Positions 31,359 to 41,916 of a stretch of 64,000 bases of DNA are shown here, in pieces; within the stretch, counting starts at the first letter, position 1, and each line of letters begins with the position of its first letter. Under the pieces are notes generated by a model that had not been told where the DNA came from, made no database searches, and was given only the letters and a program-made list of their open reading frames with translations. Location of the stretch: NCBI GenBank assembly GCA_963703955.1, contig CAVPGK010000020.1:1-64000 (forward strand). The letters are read 5' to 3'. Both the position numbers and the translations under genes were made by a program. The stretch comes from Nitrospirota bacterium (lineage in GTDB: Bacteria; Nitrospirota; Nitrospiria; Nitrospirales; Nitrospiraceae).

Positions 31359-32003
31359 ATGATCGCCATCATTGACTATGGGATGGGTAATCTGAGAAGC
31401 GTCGAGAAAGCCTTTGCGGCGGTGGGACATCACGCGGTGGTAACGCGAGATCGTCGCGTGATTGACGATGCCAGCCATGTCGTATTGCCCGGTGTGGGGG
31501 CGTTTGCCGACTGCATGACCAACGTAACCCGCTATGGGTTGATCGATCCCATCAGGCAAGCCATCGGGAAAGGCAAGCCTTTCCTTGGGATCTGTTTGGG
31601 ACTGCAACTTCTCTTCACGCAAAGCGAGGAATTCGGCGTCCATCAGGGATTGGGTGTAATTCCCGGCGCGGTCACGCGCTTTTCGTTCGGAGATCATTCT
31701 GCGGTGGCCCGGTCGCCGGAGACGAACGACGCCCTCAAGGTTCCGCACATCGGCTGGAACGCCATCACGTTGAAACGCGAGGCGCCGCTCTTCAAGGGGA
31801 TCGAGAGCGGGACCCAAGTGTATTTTGTCCACTCCTACTATGTGCAGCCGAGTGATCCTTCTGTCATCAGCACCGTGACGGAGTACGGGCTCACGTTTGT
31901 CTCTAGTATCTGGCGGGACAACATCATCGCGTGCCAGTTTCATCCGGAGAAGAGTCAATCGGTCGGGCTGCGCATGATCCGCAACTTCGGGGCGTGGTCA
32001 TGA
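31359..32003 (+). CDS. hisH: Imidazole glycerol phosphate synthase, amidotransferase subunit
   Basis: DYGMGNL, LPGVG, GICLG, QFHPEKS. Confidence 0.98.
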   Translation: MIAIIDYGMGNLRSVEKAFAAVGHHAVVTRDRRVIDDASHVVLPGVGAFADCMTNVTRYGLIDPIRQAIGKGKPFLGICLGLQLLFTQSEEFGVHQGLGVIPGAVTRFSFGDHSAVARSPETNDALKVPHIGWNAITLKREAPLFKGIESGTQVYFVHSYYVQPSDPSVISTVTEYGLTFVSSIWRDNIIACQFHPEKSQSVGLRMIRNFGAWS

Positions 32004-32728
32004 GAGACACGGACTTGCCCCTGGTGTTCGTCTTCGCGGCAGCCGTGGCCTTATATGCTGGGTGTGTTCCGGCGAAAGTGAGGACGGCGGAGTCCCCTGC
32101 GATCGAACGATACAAGGTTCAGACGGTGGTCGTGATGCCGTTTGAGCGGCTGGAGACCCCGCAGATCCTCGATTCCTCTTCATCGGAATTTTCCGCGCCG
32201 CGAGGAGCCAGGCGATCCGATATCTCGATGGCGGTCCCACCTTCCTCTCAGGAAAGGCTCAATTTGGGAACGACGACTGTTCCTGATTCCGCCCCCGAAC
32301 AGGTTGCGCACATTATGTATGAACAGCTCCGGAGACGGGAGGGCCTACGGGTGCTCTCACCTGATGAAGCCCGGGCGGCGGTGAAATCATTGGAAAAAGA
32401 GACCGGTACGCTCTCGCCCGAATTGGCGGCTCGCGAGGTGGCCGGTCGGCTGGGAACCGATGCGGCCATGCTGGGCCGCGTGCTGGTCTATCGAGAGCGG
32501 GTGGGGAGCAAGTGGGGCGCCAATCCCGCCGTGGTTGGGTTCGAGGTGAAATTGATCGGGACGGACGGCGAAACCTTGTGGACCGCTAATTATTATGAGA
32601 AACAGCGACCGTTCGTAGAGGACGCAAAAGGCTTTTTTGAGCGAGGTGGTGTGTTCGTGACTGCGGAGGAACTGGCGAAGTACGGAGCCGAACATATGGT
32701 CCGGAAGTTTCCGTTCGGTCGTCCGTAA
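32000..32728 (+). CDS. Putative lipoprotein inside the his operon
   Basis: ATGA overlap with hisH; lipobox YAGC; VVVMPF...G...W fold pattern. Confidence 0.7.
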   Translation: MRDTDLPLVFVFAAAVALYAGCVPAKVRTAESPAIERYKVQTVVVMPFERLETPQILDSSSSEFSAPRGARRSDISMAVPPSSQERLNLGTTTVPDSAPEQVAHIMYEQLRRREGLRVLSPDEARAAVKSLEKETGTLSPELAAREVAGRLGTDAAMLGRVLVYRERVGSKWGANPAVVGFEVKLIGTDGETLWTANYYEKQRPFVEDAKGFFERGGVFVTAEELAKYGAEHMVRKFPFGRP

Positions 32729-32794
32729 ACCCTATTGAGTTTCGAAATAGTTCTGAGTTTTTGGTTGAAGTCGAGTCTATCGGACACTGAGCTT

Positions 32795-33514
32795 ATGCTT
32801 GTTATACCTGCGGTTGACCTCAAGGACGGCCGCTGTGTCCGTCTTCGTCAGGGGGACATGCGGCAAGAGACGACCTACTCGAATGATCCCCCGGCAATGG
32901 CCTTGCATTGGGAGGGGCTAGGCGCGGGGCTGCTTCACATCGTGGATCTGAATGGGGCGATCGACGGCCGACCACAAAACGTCAGCCAGATTGAGTCCAT
33001 TCTGAAGGCGGTATCGATCCCGGTTCAAATCGGCGGAGGCATTCGCACGATGGAGGCGATCCGTCAGTATCTGTCACAAGGGGCTTCGCGGGTGGTCTTG
33101 GGCACCGCGATGCTGGAGAATCCTACGCTTCTTGAACGGGCCTGTGAGAAATTTCCTGGTCGCGTTCTGGTCGGTCTGGATGCCAAGGGCGGAAAAGTGG
33201 CCGTGCGGGGTTGGACCAGCGTTTCAGGAACGTTAGCCTCCGATCTCATACCGCGGCTCTTCGGCTATCCCCTGGCAGGTATCATTTACACCGATATCAC
33301 CAGAGACGGCATGTTGGAGGGACCAAACCTGTCCGCGCTTAGGGAAATCGTGACCTGTTCTCACGTGCCGGTGATTGCGTCCGGAGGCATCTCTCGGGTC
33401 GAAGATATACGGGCGATAAAATCCTTGGGCGCTCGCATTGAAGGAGCCATCGTGGGGAAGGCCCTCTATGATGGAAAACTGGATCTGAGAACGGCCGTCG
33501 AGGCGGCTTCTTAA
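32795..33514 (+). CDS. hisA: ProFAR isomerase
   Basis: IPAVDL..G.CVRL.QG, GGGIR, TDI.RDG, G..VGKALY. Confidence 0.98.
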   Translation: MLVIPAVDLKDGRCVRLRQGDMRQETTYSNDPPAMALHWEGLGAGLLHIVDLNGAIDGRPQNVSQIESILKAVSIPVQIGGGIRTMEAIRQYLSQGASRVVLGTAMLENPTLLERACEKFPGRVLVGLDAKGGKVAVRGWTSVSGTLASDLIPRLFGYPLAGIIYTDITRDGMLEGPNLSALREIVTCSHVPVIASGGISRVEDIRAIKSLGARIEGAIVGKALYDGKLDLRTAVEAAS

Positions 33515-33529
33515 GGAGCCGACACCGAC

Positions 33530-34312
33530 GTGTTGACCAAACGCATCATCCCCTGCCTGGATGTGAAGGACGGCCGTGTGGTGAAAGGTGTGGGGTTTGT
33601 GAACCTCCGCGACGCTGGCGACCCGGTGGAGGTCGCGCAAGCTTATGATCGAGATGGGGCGGATGAGCTGTGTTTTCTGGACATTACGGCGTCCCATGAG
33701 AACAGAAAGCCTATTTTGGACGTGGTGGCCCGCACCGCGGAGCAGGTATTCATGCCGCTGACGGTAGGAGGCGGGGTTCGAACGCTGGAAGATATACGAT
33801 CTCTGCTCAATGCTGGCTCCGACAAGGTCAGCATTAATACCGCCGCGGTGGAGAATCCTCGCTTTGTCGAGGAAGCCGCCGGTCGCTTCGGCACGCAGTG
33901 TATTGTCGTGGCGATTGACGCGAAGCGGGTTTCCTCGCCCGCGCAACCTTTGCGCTGGAAGGTCTACACCCATGGTGGCCGTCGATCAACGGATCATGAT
34001 GCGGTCGAGTGGGCGCGTCAAATGGAACAGCTCGGCGCCGGAGAAATCTTGTTGACCAGCATGGACCGGGATGGCACGCAGGATGGGTACGATCTGGAAT
34101 TGACTGCCGCGGTGTCTGAAGCCGTCTCCATTCCAGTCATTGCGTCAGGCGGCGCGGGCACTCTTGAGCACCTCTGCAATGGGTTCGTTCTCGGAAAGGC
34201 CGATGCGGTCTTGGCCGCCTCGATCTTTCATTATCGAACCTACACGATACAGGAAGCTAAGGCGTATCTGAAGGATCGAGGAATTCCGGTGAGGTTTACG
34301 AAGGATTCCTGA
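33530..34312 (+). CDS. hisF: Imidazole glycerol phosphate synthase, cyclase subunit
   Basis: [24 protein letters not shown]. Confidence 0.98.
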   Translation: MLTKRIIPCLDVKDGRVVKGVGFVNLRDAGDPVEVAQAYDRDGADELCFLDITASHENRKPILDVVARTAEQVFMPLTVGGGVRTLEDIRSLLNAGSDKVSINTAAVENPRFVEEAAGRFGTQCIVVAIDAKRVSSPAQPLRWKVYTHGGRRSTDHDAVEWARQMEQLGAGEILLTSMDRDGTQDGYDLELTAAVSEAVSIPVIASGGAGTLEHLCNGFVLGKADAVLAASIFHYRTYTIQEAKAYLKDRGIPVRFTKDS

Positions 34313-34319
34313 ATGCGGA

Positions 34320-35027
34320 ATGCCGATTGCTGAGTTGACGATGACTGACGTTCGCCGTATCCGATTCGATGATGAGGGGTTGGCCCCCGCTGTGGTCCAG
34401 GACTGGCGGGATGGGACCGTCCTCATGCTGGGATTCATGAACCAGGAAGCCCTGGATCGAACGGTGAAAACGAAGCACGTGCATTTCTGGAGTCGTTCCC
34501 GAAAGGCACTCTGGAAAAAGGGAGAAACTTCCGGGCATTACCTTGTCCTCAAAGATCTTTTTCTCGACTGCGACCTCGATACCGTCCTCGTGAAAGCGGA
34601 GCCGGTCGGCCCGACCTGTCACACCGGTGAGCCTTCCTGTTTCTTTACACGGCTCGCGGACGATGGAGCGCCGGATGCCGGCAAAACGGGTGATGCGTTG
34701 GGTGGGGTCCTTGAGCGGATCTATCGGACGATTCTGGATCGAAAGCAGGTGCCTCAACACGGCTCCTATGTGACTTCGCTGTTCGAGGGCGGGATCGACC
34801 GCATCTTGAAAAAGGTGGTCGAGGAGGCCGGAGAAGTGGTCCTCGGATCCAAAAACGCGAAGCGAGAGGAAGTGGTCCACGAAGTGGCCGATCTCTTCTT
34901 TCACACGCTTATCGTACTTGGTTACCATGACATTACTCCACAGGAAGTCTATCGGGAATTAGCCAACCGCCTAGGAAAATCCGGCCTTCGGCCGGAGAAA
35001 ACCAAAGGGAGAATCCCCAGTGAGTAA
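34320..35027 (+). CDS. hisIE: Bifunctional PR-AMP cyclohydrolase / PR-ATP pyrophosphatase
   Basis: WKKGETSG, DCD.D, CHTG..SCF, KKV.EEA.E. Confidence 0.97.
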   Translation: MPIAELTMTDVRRIRFDDEGLAPAVVQDWRDGTVLMLGFMNQEALDRTVKTKHVHFWSRSRKALWKKGETSGHYLVLKDLFLDCDLDTVLVKAEPVGPTCHTGEPSCFFTRLADDGAPDAGKTGDALGGVLERIYRTILDRKQVPQHGSYVTSLFEGGIDRILKKVVEEAGEVVLGSKNAKREEVVHEVADLFFHTLIVLGYHDITPQEVYRELANRLGKSGLRPEKTKGRIPSE

Positions 35028-35364
35028 TTGTCTGTTTTGTCGCATCGTAGAGCGGACGATTCCTTCCAAGATTCTCTTTGAAGACGATGTGGCCTTGGCG
35101 TTTGAGGACATCAATCCCCAGGCACCGGTTCATGCACTGGTCATCCCCAAGCGTCACGTCCGATCTGTCGATGAATTGGAAGGCGTAGCAGCCGGGCTGT
35201 TGAGCCATCTCTTGCTGACCTGTGTGAAGATCGCGAATCTGCAGGGCATTGCCCAGTCGGGCTATCGACTTGTCACCAACACGGGGGCGAATGGAGGTCA
35301 GACGGTCTTTCACCTGCATATGCACGTTCTGGGCGGCCGTCCGATGCGGTGGCCACCAGGATAG
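35020..35364 (+). CDS. hinT: Histidine triad (HIT) nucleotide-binding protein
   Basis: CLFC, DINPQAP.H, QTVFHLHMH, WPPG. Confidence 0.93.
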   Translation: MSNCLFCRIVERTIPSKILFEDDVALAFEDINPQAPVHALVIPKRHVRSVDELEGVAAGLLSHLLLTCVKIANLQGIAQSGYRLVTNTGANGGQTVFHLHMHVLGGRPMRWPPG

Positions 35365-35488
35365 ATGATCTCGTCTGTCTTTGACGCGGCATGAATAGGT
35401 TTGTTAGACTAGTCGGTCGTTCTTATTCCGATGAGTAACCTCGACAAGCTCGGTAAGAGAGGGCCGTGGGCAACCAGGAGCGCAATCG

Positions 35489-37312
35489 GTGATGAGCCAG
35501 GGCCTGATTCCGCAGGACGTCGTTGATCAAGTTCGCGAACGCATCGACATTGCAGAAGTGATCTCCGGCTATGTCACTCTGTCCCGAACGGGCCAGAATC
35601 TGAAAGGCCTCTGTCCGTTCCACGCTGAAAAAACACCGTCCTTTACCGTCAGTCCTTCCCGGCAGATCTTTCATTGCTTCGGCTGCGGGGCCGGCGGCAA
35701 CGTCTTCACCTTTCTGATGAAGATCGGAGGGACGAGCTTTCCAGAGACGGTCCGTGAGTGTGGTCGGCGCGCCGGAATTGCGGTGCCAATGGCCATCGAG
35801 CCGCCATGCGCCGACCTTCGTCAACGGGCGCGTCTTGAGCAGGTGGTTGGGGCCGCCGCCTTGTGGTTTCAGCGGAACCTTCTGGACGCAACTGTTGGCC
35901 AGGATGCCCTGATGTACCTCGAACACCGCGGCATTCGGCGGCAGACTATCGAGGTGTTTAGGTTAGGAGTAGCGCCGGCGGCGTGGGATGGCCTGCTCGG
36001 CTGCCTTTCCAAGGAAGGCTACTCGCCATCGGAACTCGCCACGGCTGGGCTTGTCGTGGTGAAGGATCAGGCGGGGCGTCGGCCACAGGACGCCGGTGGA
36101 TATTATGATCGATTCCGCGGCCGATTGATGATCCCCATTTCAGATCTCCAGAAGTGCGTGGTTGCGTTTGGAGGTCGAATCCTGGGAGACGGGGAACCCA
36201 AGTACCTCAATTCGCCGGAAACCCCGCTCTTCAACAAGGGCCGTACCTTGTATGGATTGGAGCGGGCCCGGGAGGCCGCCGCTCGGACGAATCAATTGAT
36301 CGTCGTGGAAGGGTATTTCGATGCCATCGCGCTGCATCAAGCGGGCATCTCCAATGTGGTCGCCACGCTGGGGACCGCCTTAACCCCTGACCACCTCCGA
36401 ACCATTCGGCGCTTTGCAAGCAAGGTGGTTCTCCTGTTCGATCCTGATTTGGCTGGCGTGAGGGCGTCGCTACGAACATTGGATCTCTTTGTGGACAGCG
36501 GGATTGGAGTGACGGTGATGTCTCTTCCGGACGGCCAGGACCCGGACGCCTATGTCAGGAAAAACGGCGCGGAGACCTTCGCAAGACTCCAGGAGCGCGC
36601 CCAAAGCCTGTTAGACTTTGCCGTCGAGCACAGTTTGCAGAGCGCGGCATCTGGAACGATCGATGATCGTATCAGGAGCGTCGATGACATTCTTCGGATT
36701 CTGCAGAAGACCGGTCATCGGATCGAAAAGGAGGAATGCCTTCGACGGGTGGCGGAACGGCTGGGGATCAGCCAGCAACGGCTGATCGAACGATACCCGG
36801 AGCTCTTGCCAAAGCCTAAGCAGCCGGGTCGGAGAGGGCCTGTGACTTCGGCAAGCGAGCCCCGCATGAAGCGCAATCCGGAAGAGTGGGACCTTGTCCA
36901 CCTTCTGCTCCAGGGTCAGTTGAGCGCTGCCCAGATTCGCGCGCTTCAGGTTGAGGCTTTTGCGGTCCCGACCTGCCGCAGGATTGTGCAGATTGCCCTG
37001 AGCCATCTGGATCCGGACGGACGTGTCCAGATTCGCTCTCTCTTGGACGAGGCGATGACTGAGCCAGACTGCGGATCGGCGGTGACGGAGCTCTCGATGT
37101 CAGAGCGGCACTTCGACGATGTTGCGGCGTACGTGAACGGATGTCTTGAGACCTTGGAGCGGAAACGGCGTGAGCAGGCGCTTGAGGAGCTCATTATCCG
37201 GCTCCGAACGGCGGAGCAGGAAGGCCGGACAGAAGAAGCCCGCCGACTGAATGCGCAGGTCAATGACCTGCGCGTAAAGAAGGCAGCAGTGCCGTTATTG
37301 CCGGCTACCTAG
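35489..37312 (+). CDS. dnaG: DNA primase
   Basis: CPFH...CFGC zinc finger, KYLNSPET, VEGYFD, FDPD.AG, DPD. Confidence 0.98.
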   Translation: MMSQGLIPQDVVDQVRERIDIAEVISGYVTLSRTGQNLKGLCPFHAEKTPSFTVSPSRQIFHCFGCGAGGNVFTFLMKIGGTSFPETVRECGRRAGIAVPMAIEPPCADLRQRARLEQVVGAAALWFQRNLLDATVGQDALMYLEHRGIRRQTIEVFRLGVAPAAWDGLLGCLSKEGYSPSELATAGLVVVKDQAGRRPQDAGGYYDRFRGRLMIPISDLQKCVVAFGGRILGDGEPKYLNSPETPLFNKGRTLYGLERAREAAARTNQLIVVEGYFDAIALHQAGISNVVATLGTALTPDHLRTIRRFASKVVLLFDPDLAGVRASLRTLDLFVDSGIGVTVMSLPDGQDPDAYVRKNGAETFARLQERAQSLLDFAVEHSLQSAASGTIDDRIRSVDDILRILQKTGHRIEKEECLRRVAERLGISQQRLIERYPELLPKPKQPGRRGPVTSASEPRMKRNPEEWDLVHLLLQGQLSAAQIRALQVEAFAVPTCRRIVQIALSHLDPDGRVQIRSLLDEAMTEPDCGSAVTELSMSERHFDDVAAYVNGCLETLERKRREQALEELIIRLRTAEQEGRTEEARRLNAQVNDLRVKKAAVPLLPAT

Positions 37313-37497
37313 TTTCTAGCCGCATAACAGCCGAACGAAGCCATGTGATGATAAAAGACACGGTGAACGACAGGCTGCTTGAGAGGACCATCAATGCGTA
37401 AGATGTTCATGCTCGGAGCGAACGGCGTGAGGTGATGAGCGGTTCGTTCGACTGAGAAGACTGCCGGAGGGCTTTCTCAGCAGTGTGGAGGAGGTTT

Positions 37498-39303
<1,806 letters not shown>

Positions 39304-39322
39304 CGGGAACGGTACTCTTGGA

Positions 39323-39351
39323 TTGACAGGTCTCGGGCGCAAGATTAGAAT
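39323..39351 (+). promoter_or_regulatory. sigma70 promoter of the tRNA
   Basis: TTGACA-17-TAGAAT. Confidence 0.7.
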
Positions 39352-39385
39352 CGCGCATCGAGTCCGAAGGTGATGCGAACCGACG

Positions 39386-39462
39386 GGGCCCATAGCTCAG
39401 TTGGTCAGAGCGGCGGACTCATAATCCGTTGGTCCCAGGTTCGAGTCCTGGTGGGCCCACCA
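39386..39462 (+). tRNA. tRNA with CAU anticodon, probably tRNA-Ile2 (lysidine)
   Basis: GGGCCCA/TGGGCCC acceptor stem, CTCATAA loop, GTTCGA, CCA end. The paired 1-72 position excludes fMet; location after rpoD resembles ileX. Confidence 0.9.
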
Positions 39463-39514
39463 AAGAGTGTGAACACAAACGACCCCATGCATCCCAACGA
39501 CCATCGAGGCCACG

Positions 39515-40285
39515 TTGAATCCGCAACTTTCGTCGCTGATTGAGCTTCAAGCTCTTGATCTCAGAATCCTCGAGATCAAGGAACAAGACAGAAAGATTCC
39601 CACCCTTCTTCAAGCCGCCGAAACCCCTCTTCAGGAAGCCCGACAGCATCTTCAAAAGGCTACGGCCTCAGTGGAAACGCTGGCGAAGGAACGCCGCGAT
39701 CGCGAGCGTGATCTGGAGGCCCACGAAGCCCAGGTCGGAAAGCTGAGGGCCCGCCTCATGGAACTGAAGACGAACAAGGAATACCAAGCCCACCTATTCG
39801 AGATTGAAATGGCGAATAAGAAGAAGGGGGAAATCGAAGAACAGATTCTGACCCTGATGGAGCGTGTCGAGAAGCAGCAGGAGGAAGCCCAGCAGGCCAA
39901 GGCAAGGGCTAGTGAGGCCGAACGCATGTTCGCCCAGGAGAAAGTTCGGCTGGAGACCCTTGCGGCTGGCTTGGGGCTAGAGCTTGCCCAACTGGATCAG
40001 AAACAAAACGAGGTGGTTGCGCTGGTGGACAAGAGCTTGTTCGCTCGATACACCAGGCTGAAGGCGGGACGAAAGGATCTGGCGCTCGCCCCGATCAGAA
40101 ACGGCATTTGCGCCGGGTGTCGCCTGCAGCTTCCGCCCCAATTGGTGGCGGAAGTCAAACGTTCCGATGAATTACAGACCTGCACGTATTGCCACCGCAT
40201 CCTTTATTGGGAAGTCGAGCCGATGAGTGCTCCGACGGCCCCCACTTCCCGGCGCGATGAAGAAGATCTTCAGGAGACGATCTAA
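39515..40285 (+). CDS. Coiled-coil C4-type zinc ribbon protein (DUF164)
   Basis: LIELQ.LD, NKEYQA, CAGC...CTYC.RIL. Confidence 0.9.
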   Translation: MNPQLSSLIELQALDLRILEIKEQDRKIPTLLQAAETPLQEARQHLQKATASVETLAKERRDRERDLEAHEAQVGKLRARLMELKTNKEYQAHLFEIEMANKKKGEIEEQILTLMERVEKQQEEAQQAKARASEAERMFAQEKVRLETLAAGLGLELAQLDQKQNEVVALVDKSLFARYTRLKAGRKDLALAPIRNGICAGCRLQLPPQLVAEVKRSDELQTCTYCHRILYWEVEPMSAPTAPTSRRDEEDLQETI

Positions 40286-40944
40286 ACGCCTGTGCTCCCG
40301 GCCATCACGGTCTGAGTCGTCTTGAAGTGCAGCTTGGCAACAGTCGCCAGCCGCTCCCGCCCGTGTTTCTTGATGATCATTCGCGCCGCCAGCTCGACGG
40401 CTGGTGAGGCTCCTTTGGGTAACGTGGTTCCGACCTCGTTCGAAAGGCGCGCAAGCCTGATCAGAAACTCGGCTCTTGCGAGGATTGAGGCAGCGGCGAC
40501 CGCCAGATCGTCTTCCGCTTTCGGCCGCTGAATCAACCGAATTCGCTTTCCCTTTTCCAAGAGGGCGTTGAGGATGAACCGCTCATCGCCGAACTGGTCT
40601 GAGATCGCCAAGGCGCAGTCCGTGTTCTCCAGGATATTTTCCAGTGCGCGGGCATGTCCCCAGGCGAGAAGCCGATTCAGGTTGCGAATTTTCGCGTAGA
40701 GGTCGTTATAGCGTTGGGGGCCGATTGCGACGACACTGTGCTTGCACACCTGGCGAATGTCGGGAGCCATCTCCAGAACTCGCCCGTCGGAGATCCGCTT
40801 ACTGTCCCGAACCTGCATCAGCTTGAGGTCCTGTTCGGACTGCGGCGTCACCAAGACCGCGGCAATGACCAGCGGGCCGAAGTAGTCGCCCTTTCCGGAT
40901 TCATCGATCCCGATTCGCTCGTCCGGACAAGTGGCGTGAGTCAT
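40282..40944 (-). CDS. rnhC: Ribonuclease HIII, catalytic domain only
   Basis: IGIDESGKGDYFGPLV, DSK, DQF, VAAASILAR, LPKGA, AKLHFKT. Confidence 0.88.
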   Translation of the reverse strand: MTHATCPDERIGIDESGKGDYFGPLVIAAVLVTPQSEQDLKLMQVRDSKRISDGRVLEMAPDIRQVCKHSVVAIGPQRYNDLYAKIRNLNRLLAWGHARALENILENTDCALAISDQFGDERFILNALLEKGKRIRLIQRPKAEDDLAVAAASILARAEFLIRLARLSNEVGTTLPKGASPAVELAARMIIKKHGRERLATVAKLHFKTTQTVMAGSTGV

Positions 40945-41021
40945 CTCATGGCCGACGGTGGAGCAGCAGGCTTGGTTGGGGGGCGTAATCTAACAGACCG
41001 CTTTCGCGCGGTCAATTCACC

Positions 41022-41051
41022 TTGAAACCGCACGCGGACGGCGCGTATACT
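41022..41051 (+). promoter_or_regulatory. Putative sigma70 promoter of rnpB
   Basis: TTGAAA-18-TATACT. Confidence 0.6.
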
Positions 41052-41061
41052 TTCACGCGCA

Positions 41062-41460
41062 CTGGAGTGGACCGGGTGGTCGCTCGTGGGAAACTGCGGG
41101 AGGAAAGTCCGGACTCCATAGGGCAGGGTGCTGGGTAACGCCCAGGCGGGGTGATCCGACACCGGCGCCACAGAGAACAGACCGCCGATGGCCCGCGAGG
41201 GATCAGGCAAGGGTGAAACGGCGGGGTAAGAGCCCACCGCATCTGTTGCAACACAGATGGCACGGCAAGCGTCGCCCGGAGCAAGGCCAAATAGGAGGAC
41301 GTTCCAAGCTGCCATCAGCAGCCAGGAATCGGTTGGCCCGACCGAAGTCCTCGGGTAGGTCGCTGGAAGCTTGGGGTGACCCGAGCTCAAGAGAAATGAT
41401 CACCCCCGTCTCAGAGCTGATCTGAAGCGGGACAGAATCCGGCTTATAGGTCCTCTCCAG
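41062..41460 (+). ncRNA. rnpB: RNase P RNA (type A)
   Basis: GAGGAAAGTCCGGACTC, GGTGAAACG...GGTAAGAGC, GAGCAAGGCCAAATAG, ACAGAATCCGGCTTA; P1 CTGGAG/CTCCAG. Confidence 0.97.
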
Positions 41461-41699
41461 CGCGCCTTTTTAATAGCTGCTCGCAATTCCCGCTCAGTCA
41501 CCTGGCCGGCAAAACGCTCCACGCGATCAATGAGGACCACGGGAATACGCGTCCCATGCCGATACGACAGATCGGGGTCGCCCGAAATGTCGATGTGCTC
41601 AAGACGGAACGGGATGTCGATCTGTATTCGTCGGGCCATCCGTAGAACCACCTCGCACAGATGGCAGTCCTGTCTGGAGAATATGGTGACGTCGGTCAT
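41400..41699 (-). CDS. Glutaredoxin-like (DUF836) protein
   Basis: CHLC, DI..D..L, IPVV; 3' end overlaps rnpB. Confidence 0.8.
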   Translation of the reverse strand: MTDVTIFSRQDCHLCEVVLRMARRIQIDIPFRLEHIDISGDPDLSYRHGTRIPVVLIDRVERFAGQVTERELRAAIKKARWRGPISRILSRFRSALRRG

Positions 41700-41916
41700 G
41701 CTGAATGCTGTGAATGTAGTGTTCGCAGTCTACCCAATGTGAACCGAAAGCGTACCGCATATGACATGGAACTCCAAGGCAGACGGACCACACGAAAGCG
41801 TGACAGGTCTCGGGTGCATGATCCGCATTGACTTCGTTGTGAGGCTGCTGCTATCATGAAAGACTCTTTCCTTTTGTTTTTCAGCACCTTTCCCTTAGAT
41901 TACTGCGAGGCAATCG

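Noticed and set aside
37330..37480. Structured ncRNA between dnaG and rpoD
   Set aside because: Only short pairings (CGAACGAA/TTCGTTCG and one hairpin); no family motif recognised.
40941..41425. ORFs overlapping the 41.0-41.4 kb region
   Set aside because: The region is RNase P RNA and its promoter.
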